Below, piece after piece: positions 1 to 13,900 of a stretch of DNA of 64,000 bases. The stretch is from the IMG/VR virus record IMGVR_UViG_3300023174_000066; one strand, given 5' to 3'. Position 1 is the stretch's first letter. The number at the start of each line of letters is the position of its first letter. The notes under the pieces were generated by a model, which searched no databases, was not told the DNA's origin, and saw only the letters and a program-made list of their open reading frames with translations. A program made the position numbers and the translations under genes. Origin of the DNA: an uncultured virus (IMG/VR IMGVR_UViG_3300023174_000066) (lineage: Duplodnaviria > Heunggongvirae > Uroviricota > Caudoviricetes).

Positions 1-1387
1 GTAGATCGTCTGCAGTCATGGCTGGAAGAGTTCCAGGCAACTGTGCGTATGGCTGATTAATAGGAGTTCTTGGTTTAGCAAGAATTCCTGAAACATCTAG
101 GGGTCTGCCAAGATCTTCTTGAAGAGGAGGAGCTTCTTGTCCACCCTCTTCTCTTGGTTTTGTTTTGTTTGCAGGTACGCTGACAGTCTGTCCGCCATCG
201 GTCTGAATGGACACTTGGCCAGTAGACGGGTCTGTACCAGTGATGATACCGGAAGCAGCGGGATTACCAGCAACCGTAACACTCTGTCCTTGCTTAGCAA
301 AACGACCAAGAGCATTTCGCATCTGGGAAGACGCATTTTGAGATCGCTCTTCTGGGCTGTAAACCTTATCCGTCGGGTTAATTCCAGCGGCAGTAAGGGT
401 ATAATCAACAATCTCCCAGTCAATGTCCTCTGCTGCAAACATAACCAATCGAGCCTCTTCGGCATCAATTTCTGAGACAGAAATGTAGTGATCAGGGTTT
501 TGGTGCTGCTTTGCAGCAATAATAATTGCAGAGTCCGGGTCAATCGGAATAATTGACTTCTCTACTAAATCAAACTCATCGTCTAATTCTGAATTGTACG
601 AGTATACATCGCCATCGGACATGCCAAGATTGTCCCACTGTCCGTCGTCCCAAACATACATGGAGCTATCAATGTCTACTTTGTATAGTCGATCAATTCC
701 AGACCCGTCCATGCGGACTCGAGCCAGGAAGTCAGGAGATGATAAGTGGCCCTCAGTCATTGCTTTAGAGAATGACTCTAGGTCGGGTCCTGGAGAGACA
801 GATGCAGTAGTTGATTTCTTTTTGTCTTCGCGTTCAACGATTGCTTGAGCCCAGCGCCATGCAACATCGCCACCCCAAAGAGCCCACGCAATGCGTCCGT
901 TTGAAGGGAATCCGTCTTCTCCAGGCGACCAGCCTTTCCCCTGTTTGTCTACTTCGTGCCTTGGGAAATATTTTGCAATGTGGCGAACTTTCTTGATTCC
1001 AAGTTGTCCTCCGCGGGCAAGAGTGCGAGCAGTGTTGAGACCAACCGAAGTTCCACCGCGGTTTTCTTCTTTGCGCCACTCAAGGGCTTTTTTAGCTTCG
1101 GATTGGGCACCTTTGGGGATTGTATATAGACGATCACCAGATGGGCCAGCTGCGGTAATAGTAATATTTAAATCAATTAATGAAGCTGACGCTAGTTCAA
1201 ACGAAGTAGAGAGGTCAATTTCCTCATCAGTACCCCAGATGTACTCGCTAGAGAGTTCTCTCTCTGATCCGGACTTTACAATAAGGTTGTGGTCTGTGTC
1301 GACAATTACTGCAGAACCGCCGTGAGCAAAAAGAGCTAAAGATCCATTCGTTCCTAGGAACTCAAGATCCCTACTTAAATTACTCAT
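1..1387 (-). CDS. Phage head-module protein (partial, runs off left edge) with RIAWALWGGD domain
   Basis: Not in the ORF track because no stop falls in the window. ATG at 1385-1387 with GGAGG upstream. Translates MSNLSRDLEF...EAKKALEW...GGTSVGLNTARTLA...YFPRHEVD...FPSNGRIAWALWGGD, a motif seen in phage head-morphogenesis and prohead proteins. The frame was open wherever checked, including positions 2-120. Confidence 0.75.
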   Translation of the reverse strand, partial: MSNLSRDLEFLGTNGSLALFAHGGSAVIVDTDHNLIVKSGSERELSSEYIWGTDEEIDLSTSFELASASLIDLNITITAAGPSGDRLYTIPKGAQSEAKKALEWRKEENRGGTSVGLNTARTLARGGQLGIKKVRHIAKYFPRHEVDKQGKGWSPGEDGFPSNGRIAWALWGGDVAWRWAQAIVEREDKKKSTTASVSPGPDLESFSKAMTEGHLSSPDFLARVRMDGSGIDRLYKVDIDSSMYVWDDGQWDNLGMSDGDVYSYNSELDDEFDLVEKSIIPIDPDSAIIIAAKQHQNPDHYISVSEIDAEEARLVMFAAEDIDWEIVDYTLTAAGINPTDKVYSPEERSQNASSQMRNALGRFAKQGQSVTVAGNPAASGIITGTDPSTGQVSIQTDGGQTVSVPANKTKPREEGGQEAPPLQEDLGRPLDVSGILAKPRTPINQPYAQLPGTLPAMTADDL

Positions 1388-1434
1388 TAAAAAGTCCTCC
1401 ATAGGGAATAGAACATAAACACAATCGAGTGTTG

Positions 1435-1941
1435 TTATCCTATTGTATCAGTTTTACTTTTTACGGATTTTGAGGCTCGCATTAGTTGCTTCTCTAAGTA
1501 AGACTTTGGGTGCCACTTACTTGGGATTTCTCGTGTTTCAATCTCTAAAATAGCCATCTGATCTTCAAATTCTAGATCTTCAAAAAATCTAATTTTATTA
1601 TTTAAAATTTTATCAAAGACCGGTTTAAGATTTTTCCAGTCATCCGGAAAAAATTTCTTGACTGTGTCCAAACACCAAAGAATTCTTTCGGCAAACTGAG
1701 GATTAGGAAGTGAAGCGCCTAAAAATTTATACACTTCTTTTCTTAAAGAATCTGGCATTGGCACAGCAGCAGGAAGTTTCATAAAAGCATTAATTTTCTT
1801 TTTCTGCGTATCGGTATCAGACTCAGATAAACCAAGAGCACTTAGTAAATCTTCTAAAGAATTTACTCCTGGAAACCCCCAGCCCGTCATCTTTATCCAA
1901 TCAGAGGAGTATAAAGAATTATCAATGTTAATCATTTTCAT
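1435..1941 (-). CDS. Hypothetical protein, 168 aa, translationally coupled to the giant ART-ending gene
   Basis: ORF track; start overlaps the stop of 1928..15451. Confidence 0.75.
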   Translation of the reverse strand: MKMINIDNSLYSSDWIKMTGWGFPGVNSLEDLLSALGLSESDTDTQKKKINAFMKLPAAVPMPDSLRKEVYKFLGASLPNPQFAERILWCLDTVKKFFPDDWKNLKPVFDKILNNKIRFFEDLEFEDQMAILEIETREIPSKWHPKSYLEKQLMRASKSVKSKTDTIG

Positions 1942-4900
1942 CTTCCCAATCTTTTATTTCTTTTTGTATTTCTTCCTGGTATTTTTTCATTTCCATGTCT
2001 TCAAGCTCTCGCTCTACTAAATAACCAATTTTACGCACGCCATCAATTTTTTGGTCTTGTCGTGCTGTATTTAGTTTAGCAAGAGTGTCTTTAATAAGAT
2101 CAACAAGGTCATCAGGTAAATCTTGTCCACTATTTAATAAATTTCTCATAAATTTTTCCATTACTTGATCGGTGGTGTTTACGGCAACGTCGACACCATC
2201 TAATTCTGGGAGAACTGTCTGAAAGAAAGACATTAATCGAGCATTTTTTTGCCCAGATTTATCCTCTATAAGACTCTTTAAGTATCTTCTAACGTCATCT
2301 ATAATTTCATATCTCTTAAAAATATCAATCATAGTTTCGCTGTCAGAGACGTCAGCCTCACCACGGACATTGTCATACTCTAGACTTCCTCCAAGAAGCA
2401 CAAGTTCTTGCTCACCTAAGCAACCAAATCCAGAACCAAACATACCAAAAACTCTACTTGCTGGGGTTTGAGAAGTTAGAGTAATTTTTGCACTGTTCCC
2501 CGTGTCTCCTCTCCAGCTTTCGTGATTAGAGAATGCGTCTGCAATGTCTAAGTCAAATGACCAAGATGATAGGGGGCTCATAGAAAGACGTCGATCATCG
2601 GCCCCATCAATTAAATCTTTAGAGGAGACACTTTGACCCCTAAACACAGTGACTTCATTTATTTTAAGATCTTTTAGTCTTTTTTGAGTTGTCTTATATT
2701 GTGCAGCAATAAACTGACGAATAAACTCCATGCCTTTTTCAAGTTGACGAGCTCTTTCAATCTTTTCATTAGTTTTTTCTGATGCATATGGCCATTTAAA
2801 GGCATTTTTTAAATTAAACATTAAGTCGACTTCTTTTTGAATTAGCAAAGAGAGCGGATTGTCTCCGTTAGAAGTATTGGCCCATGTAGCAACTGTGCTC
2901 GATACTGCATTTTCGACAATAATCTTTTTTACAGCTTCTGCAGTATCAGTCATGCCATCATTAACTGCAAATTTTCCTGAAGCCATGGCAATTGCTGAAC
3001 CGCCCATTCCTGAAAACATAGAATCAACTATAAAATTAGCAGCAAATTTTTCATCATCGGATGCAAGTGCAAGAAGTGCTTCTCTCTGGTTCACTCCTTC
3101 AAACTCACTAAATCCGTCTTTTAGTGCCTTATCTCTAATTTTTTGAGACAGTGATTTTATTTTTTGTAGTGCTAATTTAATAGAATCAGACTGATCGTCT
3201 CCTTGCGGCGTCGGATTACTTTCGTCACCGTAGTATTCATCTAAGAAAGAACCTTTTTTGACTGTTGTAATGTTTCCGTTGTAGGGATTAGTAAAAGCTA
3301 TAACTCCGTCTCTGATACTCGCATACTCTCCGTCAAAAAATGCAAGCATACGAGAGTAATTCTCCGCTAAATCATTGCTATTAGCCATACTAGAAAAAAG
3401 ATCCATGTCATTTGATAACAAATCATCTACGGCATTGAAGGCCCCATTTAGAGACATGTTCGAGACAATTTCAGCAGTTAAAATATCTGCGTTGCCAGCT
3501 TTAACGCTAGTGTCTCCAATGTCTGGAAGTCCAATCCAAGAAGATTCATCAACAGAAGCACTCTGCATTGTTTCTAGCTTTTCGCTGTCTTTATACGAAG
3601 AAGGAACAAATTCGTCAAATCCAGGTTCATTTTCTTTTTGAGCGTAGGTCTCAAAAATTTCTCCAGAGGCAAAGTTAGAATCGGACCTAGGAGCCATTCT
3701 ATCAATTTCAGGTTCTTGTGCTTGGCGGTCGTCTCTACCAAACATACGGCCCATAAAGTACTTGACTCTTTCGGATATTTTAACATCTGACAAGTCAAGA
3801 GGAACTTCTAAGAATAGACCCTTAGAGCTTCTAACCCTACTGAGCGCAACGTATGTTTGGCCTTCAGCAAAAGCTCCTGACTTTTCAATTAATCCAGTTT
3901 CAGGGTCTACAGTTCCATACTTAATTAGTGCCGAGTCCAGTGTCTGCCCCTGAGACTTGTGCACAGTAATTGCGTACCCAAGCTTAAATGGATACTGCTT
4001 GTAGACCCCTGCTTTGGCCATCTCAGTAGTTATTTTTTCGTCGCCACCGACCATGTTTCTAGATAGTTTTACGTTTTTATCAATAAAGTTTGTTTGAGGA
4101 ACCGTTACAATTTTCATTCCTCCCTTATTTACATCGGGAATTCGGACTTCAATAAGGAAATCGGTTGGGTCCCCTGCTTCATTAAACGTAATAGGTCTAA
4201 GCTCAGTAATCTCTCCAACAGTTCCGTTTACCCAGTCTGGACGCTCGCCTTCTCTAGCTTTAGCATTTTGAACAAAAATGACTCTAGCGCCCTTTTTCAT
4301 TTTCATGTACTGCTCTGGTAAAACGCCTTTAGTCGGGTCAGACGCATCTTTTAGTTTTTTAACAGAAGCTGGCTCGCCACTATACGTGCCAACCAGTGTA
4401 TACTCAGGTTCGTTTATTTCACTAAGTTTTTGAAGGTTAGAGTTTCGAGCAAGGAGGTTTGTTGGGACAAGGGCTGGAGATGATTCTGGAGTACTAGTTT
4501 TTCTATTATTTTGGCTAACTTGCCACAGCCAGTCAAGATCAGACTGCGTAGCAGTTCCCTTCTGTACTGCACGAAGAATTCTAATAAACTCTGGGTCGGA
4601 GCTTTCATCCTGTCTATAAACTACAGTAAGTTTAGATCCCTGCATTGGGAACTCTTTAAAGACAGTAGCGTCAAAGAACCAAGGGCTAGAGTATGTCTCT
4701 TTAAAATCTGCGGTACCCGAGTCTCTTTCGTTAACGACTGGGGACAGCTGGTATGGGTCACCAACCATAACTATTTGAACCCCACCGAAGGGCTGATCAA
4801 GCCTTCCTCGGACAGCCCTAAGCATCCTATCAATTAAGTCTAAAGTGTCTGCCCTTACCATAGAAATTTCATCTATAACTAAAACTTGTAGTGCTTGCAG

Positions 4901-7900
4901 TAGTGGTTTTTTCATCTGCACTAAGTTGCTGTTTAGCCAGCTACCAATGTTATAGGACGATTGGGGTATGTTTGGGTTTATTAGTAGTAGTGAGTTGAGG
5001 GTCACTCCTCCAACATTTAGGGCAGCAATTCCAGTAGGGGCTGCCACTGCATAAGAAACCCCTGTTTCTTGTAGAATTCCTGTAAATTGGTTGACAACAG
5101 TACTCTTACCCGCGCCGGCTTCACCAGTCAGGAAGAACGGCTCTTTTGTCTGGAGTAGAGTGTCCAATGCGTCCCGCTGCTCCGGGCCTAGTTTGATCTG
5201 TGGGGGCCCGTCAGGTTCCATTCCTGTGCCGCCGTATTCAATTTTTTCTGGATCTCTAGTTGCCATTTTATCTATGACAGAAACCTCTTCAGGAGATGTG
5301 TATCCTTGCAGTTTAGACGTGTTGTATGAGTCAGGGATATCAATTCCAGAAATAGGCTCATCATTAATAATTCGCTTATTGAGAAGTTTGGTGTTTACCT
5401 CATCAACAATAGGCTTAATAGAGTTTTTGTCTAGATAAGGAAGAATCTGTAGTATTTCTAATTTGCGCTGATCAGTTAAGACACCGTCTTCAGCGATTGC
5501 TTGCTCAATAGCTTCTATGTCATATAGGGCAGGAGGATTCGTTTCATTCTTGCTCTCCGTGATTGGGAGCCCGGAAGACATCTTATCTATTTCACTAGAG
5601 TCTCTGTTTTGGTTGAGTTTTTTATTAATAAAGTCAGCAACGTTTGTGAATCCCTGACTCTGCTCTGAAGGCTGCGCTGGGGCGGGCGAGGGAGCGGGAG
5701 CGGGAGCAGGGGTGGGCGCAGGGGGAGGCGTTGGCTCAGGGGCGGGCGTAGGGGCAGGGGTCGGCTTAGCTGCTTCCCGAGGCTCAGGGGTTGCTTTTTC
5801 TTCTTCTTTTAGTGGTTTGCCGTCTTCATCTTTAGTTGGAGAGTAGTTTTCATATTTTAGCGCCAGCTCCTCTGTTGGCAGCTCTGGCTTTCCGTCGGCA
5901 CCAGTGTAGTATTTATTGACTAACTCATCGACTTGCCAACCGTTGTCCAGTCTCCAAGCCAATTCTGCGTTATTTAGACGATTAAGAATGGAAGTATAGT
6001 CAAATTTAGACTTAAGTTTTTTAAATTGCTCGTTTAGCTCGTCTGTTTCGGCCTGCGAAAAAATTCCAGGGTAGATTCCAGCATTTACTCGTCTATTAAA
6101 TGATGCGTTTTGACGCGGAGAAAGCTCACTATTGTAGGGTAGATCGGGATAGGGGTATTCGCTATCCCCAGACAGTACTTGATTTCCCTTTACTGTTTGG
6201 GCAGCTTTGCCTGTCTTATAAGTCAAAGGAGTTCCTCTAACTTTGTATCTTCTTAGGTTGTCATAGTTTTGTAGTAGTTCTACAAGCTGAGCAGCACCAG
6301 ACCTGGTGATAAATTTGTACCGCGCTGCGTTGACAATTGATCTGTACATAGTTTCAGACAAGTATCCAAAGTTATAGAGACGAGAAGCGACAGAATTGAT
6401 TCTGTCCATGTTATTCATAATATTTCCCATCTCTTTTCCAAGATTGCGAATAGGCTCTCCAGGAAGAGTCGGTACTTGATCTTGGATGGGAAGAAGTTCT
6501 TCAACTTTAACTTGATGACTTCGGTGTACTGGACGATTGTCGCTGTCATAGCCAATAAGCTCCGCAATTTCCACAACTCCAGGAGAAACAAACCGAGATA
6601 TTCGACCCTTCACATCGGTCTCCCGCTGGGCCACAAACATCGTGTCGTCAAATAAGATAGGGTTGTCACTAATCTTCATGAAAGATTTTGTTACATCCTC
6701 TAAGTCTTCTAAATCGACAAGTCTTTGTTCGTAAATTCTCTGGTCATTCACTGGATATGAATGCTTGAGTGTTGCGTCATCGGCAGTGCCACTAATAAAG
6801 ACTCTAGTTCCGTTTCTTTGTAGAGAGTTTGGGTCTTCATCTACGTTGGGAATAAAGTCTGCATCGTCTACTAGACCTTTAAGAATTTTTACTGACACAC
6901 CGCCACGGTTTATCAACTCTGTTGTTTGAGTCTCATCGTTACGAATTTCTGAAAGATTGTGGCCGTATACCTGGGCAACTTCGCCCGTAGATTTAATTAC
7001 GACGTATGTTCCAGGGTGAAAAATTTCATACAAATTTTCTTCTTTATCTGGCAAGAAGCGGCTCTCAACTGCATCGGTGTCGCCACCCCACATGCCGATC
7101 TTGCTGGCCATCTTGTCAATTTCAGCTTCTCGAACTTCGTTGTCAGTTCCATACATATCGTTTGAGTTAAAAATAAGCGCTGGGTGAATATCACGAGGGA
7201 AGGGTCGGTCTTTAAACGGGACATCTATTCCGGTCTCACCAAAACCATTGTCAAGAACCTGAGCATTTTCGTTGTCTTGGAAATAGTTGGTAATTACTCG
7301 AGCGGGAGTAAATCCAATATCAAGTCTTCTGGAAGCCTCTACTCGGTGGTTTCCGTCCGCAACGAATGCTTTATTGTTTGAGGGGTTATAGAAAATAATT
7401 GCTGGAGTTTTGAAGCCTCTACCAGATCTAATATCTTCAACTTTTTCTAAGACTCTGTCTTCATCTTCTGTGTAGTTTCCCTTGAGGGCACTGAGAAGTT
7501 CGGTTGAGATATAGCCAACTACAGAATTGTCCGGCCCTAGCCCACCCTCTGGGTCGTCCGAAGTGTAGTCTTTTAGGTTGGGATGAAGAATTTCACCATA
7601 CGACTGAGACATATAGTTGGGAGCCATTTTGTCAAGTCGCTGTTGATGAGCCTCCCAAAAAGCATCATCTTTTTCTAACAAATCTTTTGTTCTTTTACGC
7701 TCTTCTTCTCTTCTCTCGGTTGGCCCTAAGAATAGCGAGTCGTCTGTATCAGCCGTCTCTGACCAGTATTTTCCTCGGGGTGTCCTTGATAAAGAGTGAA
7801 GAACCCTATTTTTTGGAGAGTTTTGGCGCGTAAAAACAAGAAGAGCTGTAGCAAGACCCCTTCTTCGATGGGATATTTTTGTATCGACATACTCAATTGC

Positions 7901-10900
7901 TAGATCATTTTTATCTTTTGGCTCTTGGTTAGAAGTAATTAGGTATGAGCTTGGGAAAAAATTTGTATCAATTCTTGCCCTAATAGTTCCCTCAGAGTCG
8001 GAATAGCTAGAGTCAAGTATTGCCTGTCTAGTCGCATCATTTAAGTCTCCCTCAAATGCATATGCCCAGTTTTTGATTGTTGACCCCAAACCGAGATATG
8101 TCGTAGAGCCGTCTATGTCTATAAATTCAAGGTCTTCCTTAGTCACTCCACTAAGCTCAGCATTTTTAAAGAATAGCGTGAACACAGTGCCGCGCTTGTC
8201 GGTATAGGTTCCAAAAACTTTTGAAATTGTTACTTTTGCACTCTTTGGTAGTTTTTTTGATACTTTTTCTGGAATTTCTAAATCTTCAAATGTTGAGGCT
8301 CCGGACTGAAAAGAGCTCTCGTCTGTTTCAACTCTTCTAGAGACATTTTCGGAAGTATTAGTGTTTTTAGAATTCTTTTCATATTCGGACTGAAAATAGC
8401 CTTCGTAAAGATCTTTAAGAGTCTTAGCCTTAGAGGCATAGTTATGCTTAGCATTAATAACAGAGGCAGTTGCGACAAACTTTGCTTTGTTTATTTCATT
8501 TAATCTGTTTTGCGCATCTACCGCTAAAGAGTGGGCTGCACTAATTGCTTCTTTTTGTTGGGGGTTTTCAATAGGACTTCCGTCTGGCTTTAGGCCGTTG
8601 GAGTAGAAGTAGTCTCTATCTTCGAACTCAACAATAATTTGGTCGTCCGTAAATTCTGGGCCACTGGTCTTAAAGTCAGGAATTTCAGGAGCCATCTTAT
8701 CAATTCCAGGATCTCTAGCGATGGCTGGAATTGGCTTCTTTTTGTATCTCTGGCTTAGCGGGGAGGAACGTAGTTGGTAGAAAAAATCAGCAAATCTACG
8801 AATGGGGCTGTTTGCTGGAATTCTTATGCCTTTAATTTCGTGCATAAGGAAAACTCTCCAAAGCTCTGCAAAACTTTCTTTATGGTTGCCAGCGGCGTAC
8901 TCGGAAATTGGGTGCAGTCTTGGGTCGAGTGGGTACCCTAGATTTACAAATTGTTGAAATAGGGGGTCATTTTTATTATTACCGCCTGTCCTTAACTCAA
9001 GGACTAAATGCCCATACTCGTGACCAAGGTCCTGTAGTAGTCTGTTGTCAAGTTCTTTGTTTTTAGTGTCTTTGGCCCAATTTCCGTCTACACCAGCATT
9101 TATTTTTCTCTGGTCGATGTCGAGAACAATGAATGCGCCGTCTTCAGTGACGTATTTGTATCCAGTCCAGTCCTCACCTTTCCCGCTTGTGAATAGGACT
9201 CCGTCAGCACCTCCTGGAGTAAATTTATCTTTCTTTGAAAGAGTTACAGAAATAGGAAAATCGCCAAGAGAATCAATTTGATTCATTTGCTTGATTTGTT
9301 TAATTACACTATTTAGTGTTTTTCTAGCATCCTGGTCATTGTCAAAATCAGACTCTTTCCAACGAATAGTTGCGTTCGTCCCGTCAACTCGGACAACCCG
9401 CATTCGCTCTGTTTCTTTTCTCTGTTTTGAGAGTGTTTTATTAAATGCCTCAATTAGATCATCTATTTGATCATTGGTAGCTTCTACACCGTCTCCAACA
9501 AAACCTTGTACAAACCTCATAAATGAGGCATTTTTGCGCCAATTCTTCTTATCTACTTTGTCAGGAAGAGTCCCAAGAGTTCCAGAGGAGTCTCTAAATG
9601 TTGGGAGACCCTCAAGCCACCTTACTTGTACTTGCTGACCATTAGCCAGAAGAAGACTGTTTCTAGTTTCTTCATACTTTTTAAGCGCTTCCCCCTTAAG
9701 TTCTTTTGCCCCAGCAAATCCAGCAGATCTTGCTCTACGCTGGCCGGTCTGCATGAGGACCTCTTTGCCGTCAAGATCCAGGGCATTTGTTAAGTTAATT
9801 GTTGGACGGTAGCCAGTGTTGACTGCCCTAACAACAAAGTTACCAAACTCGGCAAACTTTTCGCTCTTGGGGTCATTTAATCGATCTGCAAAAAAGTCTC
9901 TAAACATTTCGCCAAATTCAATGGCTCCATTAGATTTTTTGTTGATGTCAAATTTATTTTTAAATATTTCCTCAAGCTCTGTAGCAGATTTATCTGCTTT
10001 AAACCCAGCACCGACAACAGAGCCATACAGTGCAACACCATACTGTTTTAAGAACTCCCCGATAAATGGTGCAATTTGAGTATCGACACCATCTTCTTCT
10101 TTTTGCTTAATTTGCCCAAACATTCTCTCCGAGATGACAATGTTAATACCGCTCTCATCGAAAGTGGTAAAGCCTTTAGTCCTATCGCTGCCGGTAATCT
10201 CTTTCATCCATTCGGGGTCGGCAAGTGTAACTTTGACCTTAGATCCGCCTGGAGGAGTGATGTCATTGACGACTTTCATCACTTGAGAGAGAAGAGCAAA
10301 TGCTTTTTTAGTTACTTTGCCCTTGCTGCTGTACCTGATTTGGACATTGTCCATTTCAAAAACTTGGTCGTAGATACGTTTTTTATTTTCGTCCATCCAA
10401 GCGTCGTATAATTTTCTTTCGCGTGCAATACGCTTTTCATGCTTGGGAAGATTAACTAGATCGGACAGGGGAATATTTGGATACTTATCCTCAAGGAACT
10501 CTTCAAACGTATAGCTCTTTGAAAGATCTGTTTTTTCTCCGTCAGGGATAATATCTGAGACATTTTTTAAAGTTTTTGGTACAGGAATTTTTTCTTTTTC
10601 CGAGAGAGCCTTGAGGTTTTTAAGGATATCTCCTAAGTTTGCCGCACGCTTGTAGAATTCTGTCTCAAGAAGAGGATTTGATTCAATAATGTTTAAGACA
10701 GCCTGTCTGGCTTCGTTTAGCGGCATCTGACGAACTAGCCGAAGAAGTTTTTGTTTTTCTGTGTCCGAAACACCGAGCTGTTCTAGCTGGTCTCTTAGTA
10801 CTTGAAGTATAGGAGCATTTTCTTCGTCTTTCGCCCATGCAATGTCTGCTTCCGAAAGTTTAAATTTCGGTTCATAAGGCTGTCCCCAACCCGGGAACTC

Positions 10901-13900
10901 TCCGGCAGGTAGTTTTTCCTGATTCCGGCCAATTTCTTCTAATAGCAGAAGAGTTTTAATAGAAAGTCTTTTGTCTTCGTCAGACATCCCTGTAAAATCA
11001 AGCTCAGAAATATCTGCTGGTATAGGGAGGGCTCGAGTCGGGGCAGAAGTTTCTTCTTCTACTTCTTCTTCTTCAGTCTCAGTTTCAGTTTCAGTAGTCT
11101 CGGTTACTACAGGTTTTTTACCAATAATGTCAATTTGTGCAGTTGGGCGTACATCAATAACAGAGATATTTCCATCAGAGTCTTGAAGAGATAGTCTTAC
11201 CCAAGGAGTTTTCTGTCCGGAGATAGAAATAGGAGAAGAGTTAATAACTGTTGCAGATTTTTTCTTGTCCGTTCCGGGGACATAAATTCTGTCTCCAATT
11301 TTTACCTCTGATGCACTAGCGCTATATGATTCTTTAGTGGCTGTTGTTGTAGTAGTTGGCCTCTTAAGCGGAATAAAGTCTCCAATAATGCTGGTAAGAT
11401 TTCGCATCAAAGAATCATTGATGTCCCTTTGGGCGGCAACAATTGCAGTTCTGTATTCTCTACTGTTTACAAAATCTTCTCCGAAGTACTTAACTCTGGA
11501 GGGGTCCATCATCACTGCAGTAGCAAAATCAGAAAAAATTTCTTTCACTTTTTTACGAGCTTCGGCTCTAGTGATGTTGGGGTCTTCGTCAATCAATTTG
11601 CGAAGAATGGTTTCAAGGCTTTGCAGCGAGTCTACTAGGGCCATATCAATAGTGCTGTCCCGAACGTTTGCAATAGCCTCGACACGGTCTTCTTCCGAAA
11701 GGGTGCCAGCTTCAATCTGCTGCTTAAGCCACTTCCAGTAGGGCTTGTTGCTCTCCGGGTCCTCTAGTTTGAAGACAGGCTTTTCGCCTATCTCTGAGAC
11801 AAAAGATTCAATTTGAGCATTAAACTCATCTTCAAAAAGTTTTTCGCCAGAAGAATTTGATTTCTTTTCTCTATTTTTAAAGACTGCCTTGTTTACATTA
11901 TCTCCAAAAATACTTGTATAAAGCTCTCGAATAACGTTACCTGTGGCCGCAATGTAAGGAGTGCTGTTTTTTAAAAACTCTAAAGCTTGACCTTTAGTTC
12001 CATCTGGATTTGCATCAAAAAACTTTTTTAAAACTTTTGCTACGTCTTCTTTAACAGTTTTTTGGAAAATATTTTCTGAGATATCAAAAGCTAAATTAAT
12101 TGCTTCTTTAAGGTCAGCTTGGGTGATTTTGCCTTCCTTAACTTTTAATTTGATCCAGTCCCAGTACTCTTTAGTGTTTAGTGCTGGTTTAGTAGAAGTT
12201 GAGTTAATAATGACAGCGTCGTCTGTGACTACGCTGACGGGCCCCTTGCTTCTAAAAACATCTTGAATTTCCATCTTATTGTTGAGACTGGTAGAGTATC
12301 CATCAGAAAAAGTAACATCTGTGCTGTCGTCATAATCTTTTGAAGGAGATAGCCCAGTGACGGTAACTAGTGCGGGGGTAAATTTGCCATCTTTCCCCGC
12401 TAAACGCTCAATAAACATGTCTCCAATTTTAAGATCTTTTGGAGATACGTCACCCAAATATTTATGAGTACTTGGGATTTTTCCTAATTCGGTTGCCTTA
12501 CCCGACGACTTACGAACAATAAGATTTTCTAGGTCCCCAACAACTTTTCTAAAAGTATTTCTTATTTTTGTCAAAGAATTATTATTCTCTGCCGTAGAAA
12601 GATCGTTTAAAGATCTTATACGGAATACGTATGAAAGTTCGGGGACCATGAACCCCAGAACTTCAGCAAAATGGGTCTCTGCTTCTTTAATTCCCTGAGA
12701 CGTCTCTAGATCATATAGTTTTTTAAATTCTTTTATAGAATGAGTCATTAGCATCTCAATGAAGCTATCTCTTTGCTCTACAAATTTATCAAACTCTTCT
12801 TGCGTTGGGTCCGTGAGAGGGTCGAAAGGGCGCGAAGCTAAAAAGTTTTTAACAGCGTCTCTATCTTTTTTAGGAAGAGACTCAATAAATCTTCCATATG
12901 TTTCCTCGGAATTGTCAAACATATTGTCATAGTACTTAATAGCAGACTCAATAGTTGCCTTGAGATCCTCAGAGTTTTTGACTACTCCACTAGATTTAAC
13001 CAAATAATCAAATGAAGATGTGTTTGTAAAATCAGGGTTTTCATCTGGTTTTGACTCTGTTTTTAGGCTAAGACTATACGATATGGTGCCATCGTCATTT
13101 CTTTTTGCTTTTATAAGTAATTTTCTAGAACTACCCTCAGATTTTCCATAGCTAATTACACTATTTCCATCTTTATCTTCTTTTTGCTGAGTAAGCTTTT
13201 TGCCGTCTCTAGTTTTGATTGACTCTACAACACTGTCAATGCTTCCTGTGTCGTCTCCTACATTGTCTGGGTTTAGTTTTTTATTGAGAGCCTCAATGAG
13301 TTTTGCGCGATCTGCGTCCGATCTAGAAAGAACAGACGTTGTGTACTCGCTATCATCTTCGGCAAGCGAGGTGTCGTGGGCAGGGACGGCATCCTTGGCA
13401 TCAAACATAAGCCAATCAAATGCTGCCTCATTCTTATCTAGGTTGCCCTTGAAATGGATTACCCCGTCGCTAGTAATCTCAAAAGAAACACCGTTTTCAA
13501 GATCTCCCCTTGTGCCAGGTTTTCCACTAAAGTTTTCTGTCTCATCAGAGACATCTCCAGAGCTTTGCCTCTCTTCATAAAGTCTTTTTAGATTTTCTGC
13601 AATGAATTTTACGGCATCTTCGACTGTACCTTTTTTAATATCAAAACTAAGTGAGTGGGAGGCCCGCTTTAGGTCTCTAAAATAATTCGGGTTCTTTGGG
13701 TCTTTTCCCTTACCGTGGTACTGCAATACGACACTCCCAGCGCCACTTTGTCTAAAGAGCGCTGCTGCTTGCTTTAAAAGATCTACATTGTTCCAGTAAT
13801 CTTTCCCAAAGACAACCATGACCCCGTCGTCATAGACATCGTAATCAATCCCTTCAGCAATTTTAATTTTTTCATCTTCTACAACAACGTCTGTTGTACT

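Noticed and set aside
5670..5790. GC-rich repeat-like stretch
   Set aside because: It simply encodes a Pro/Ala/Thr linker (PTPAPTPAPEP...) in the 4507-aa protein.
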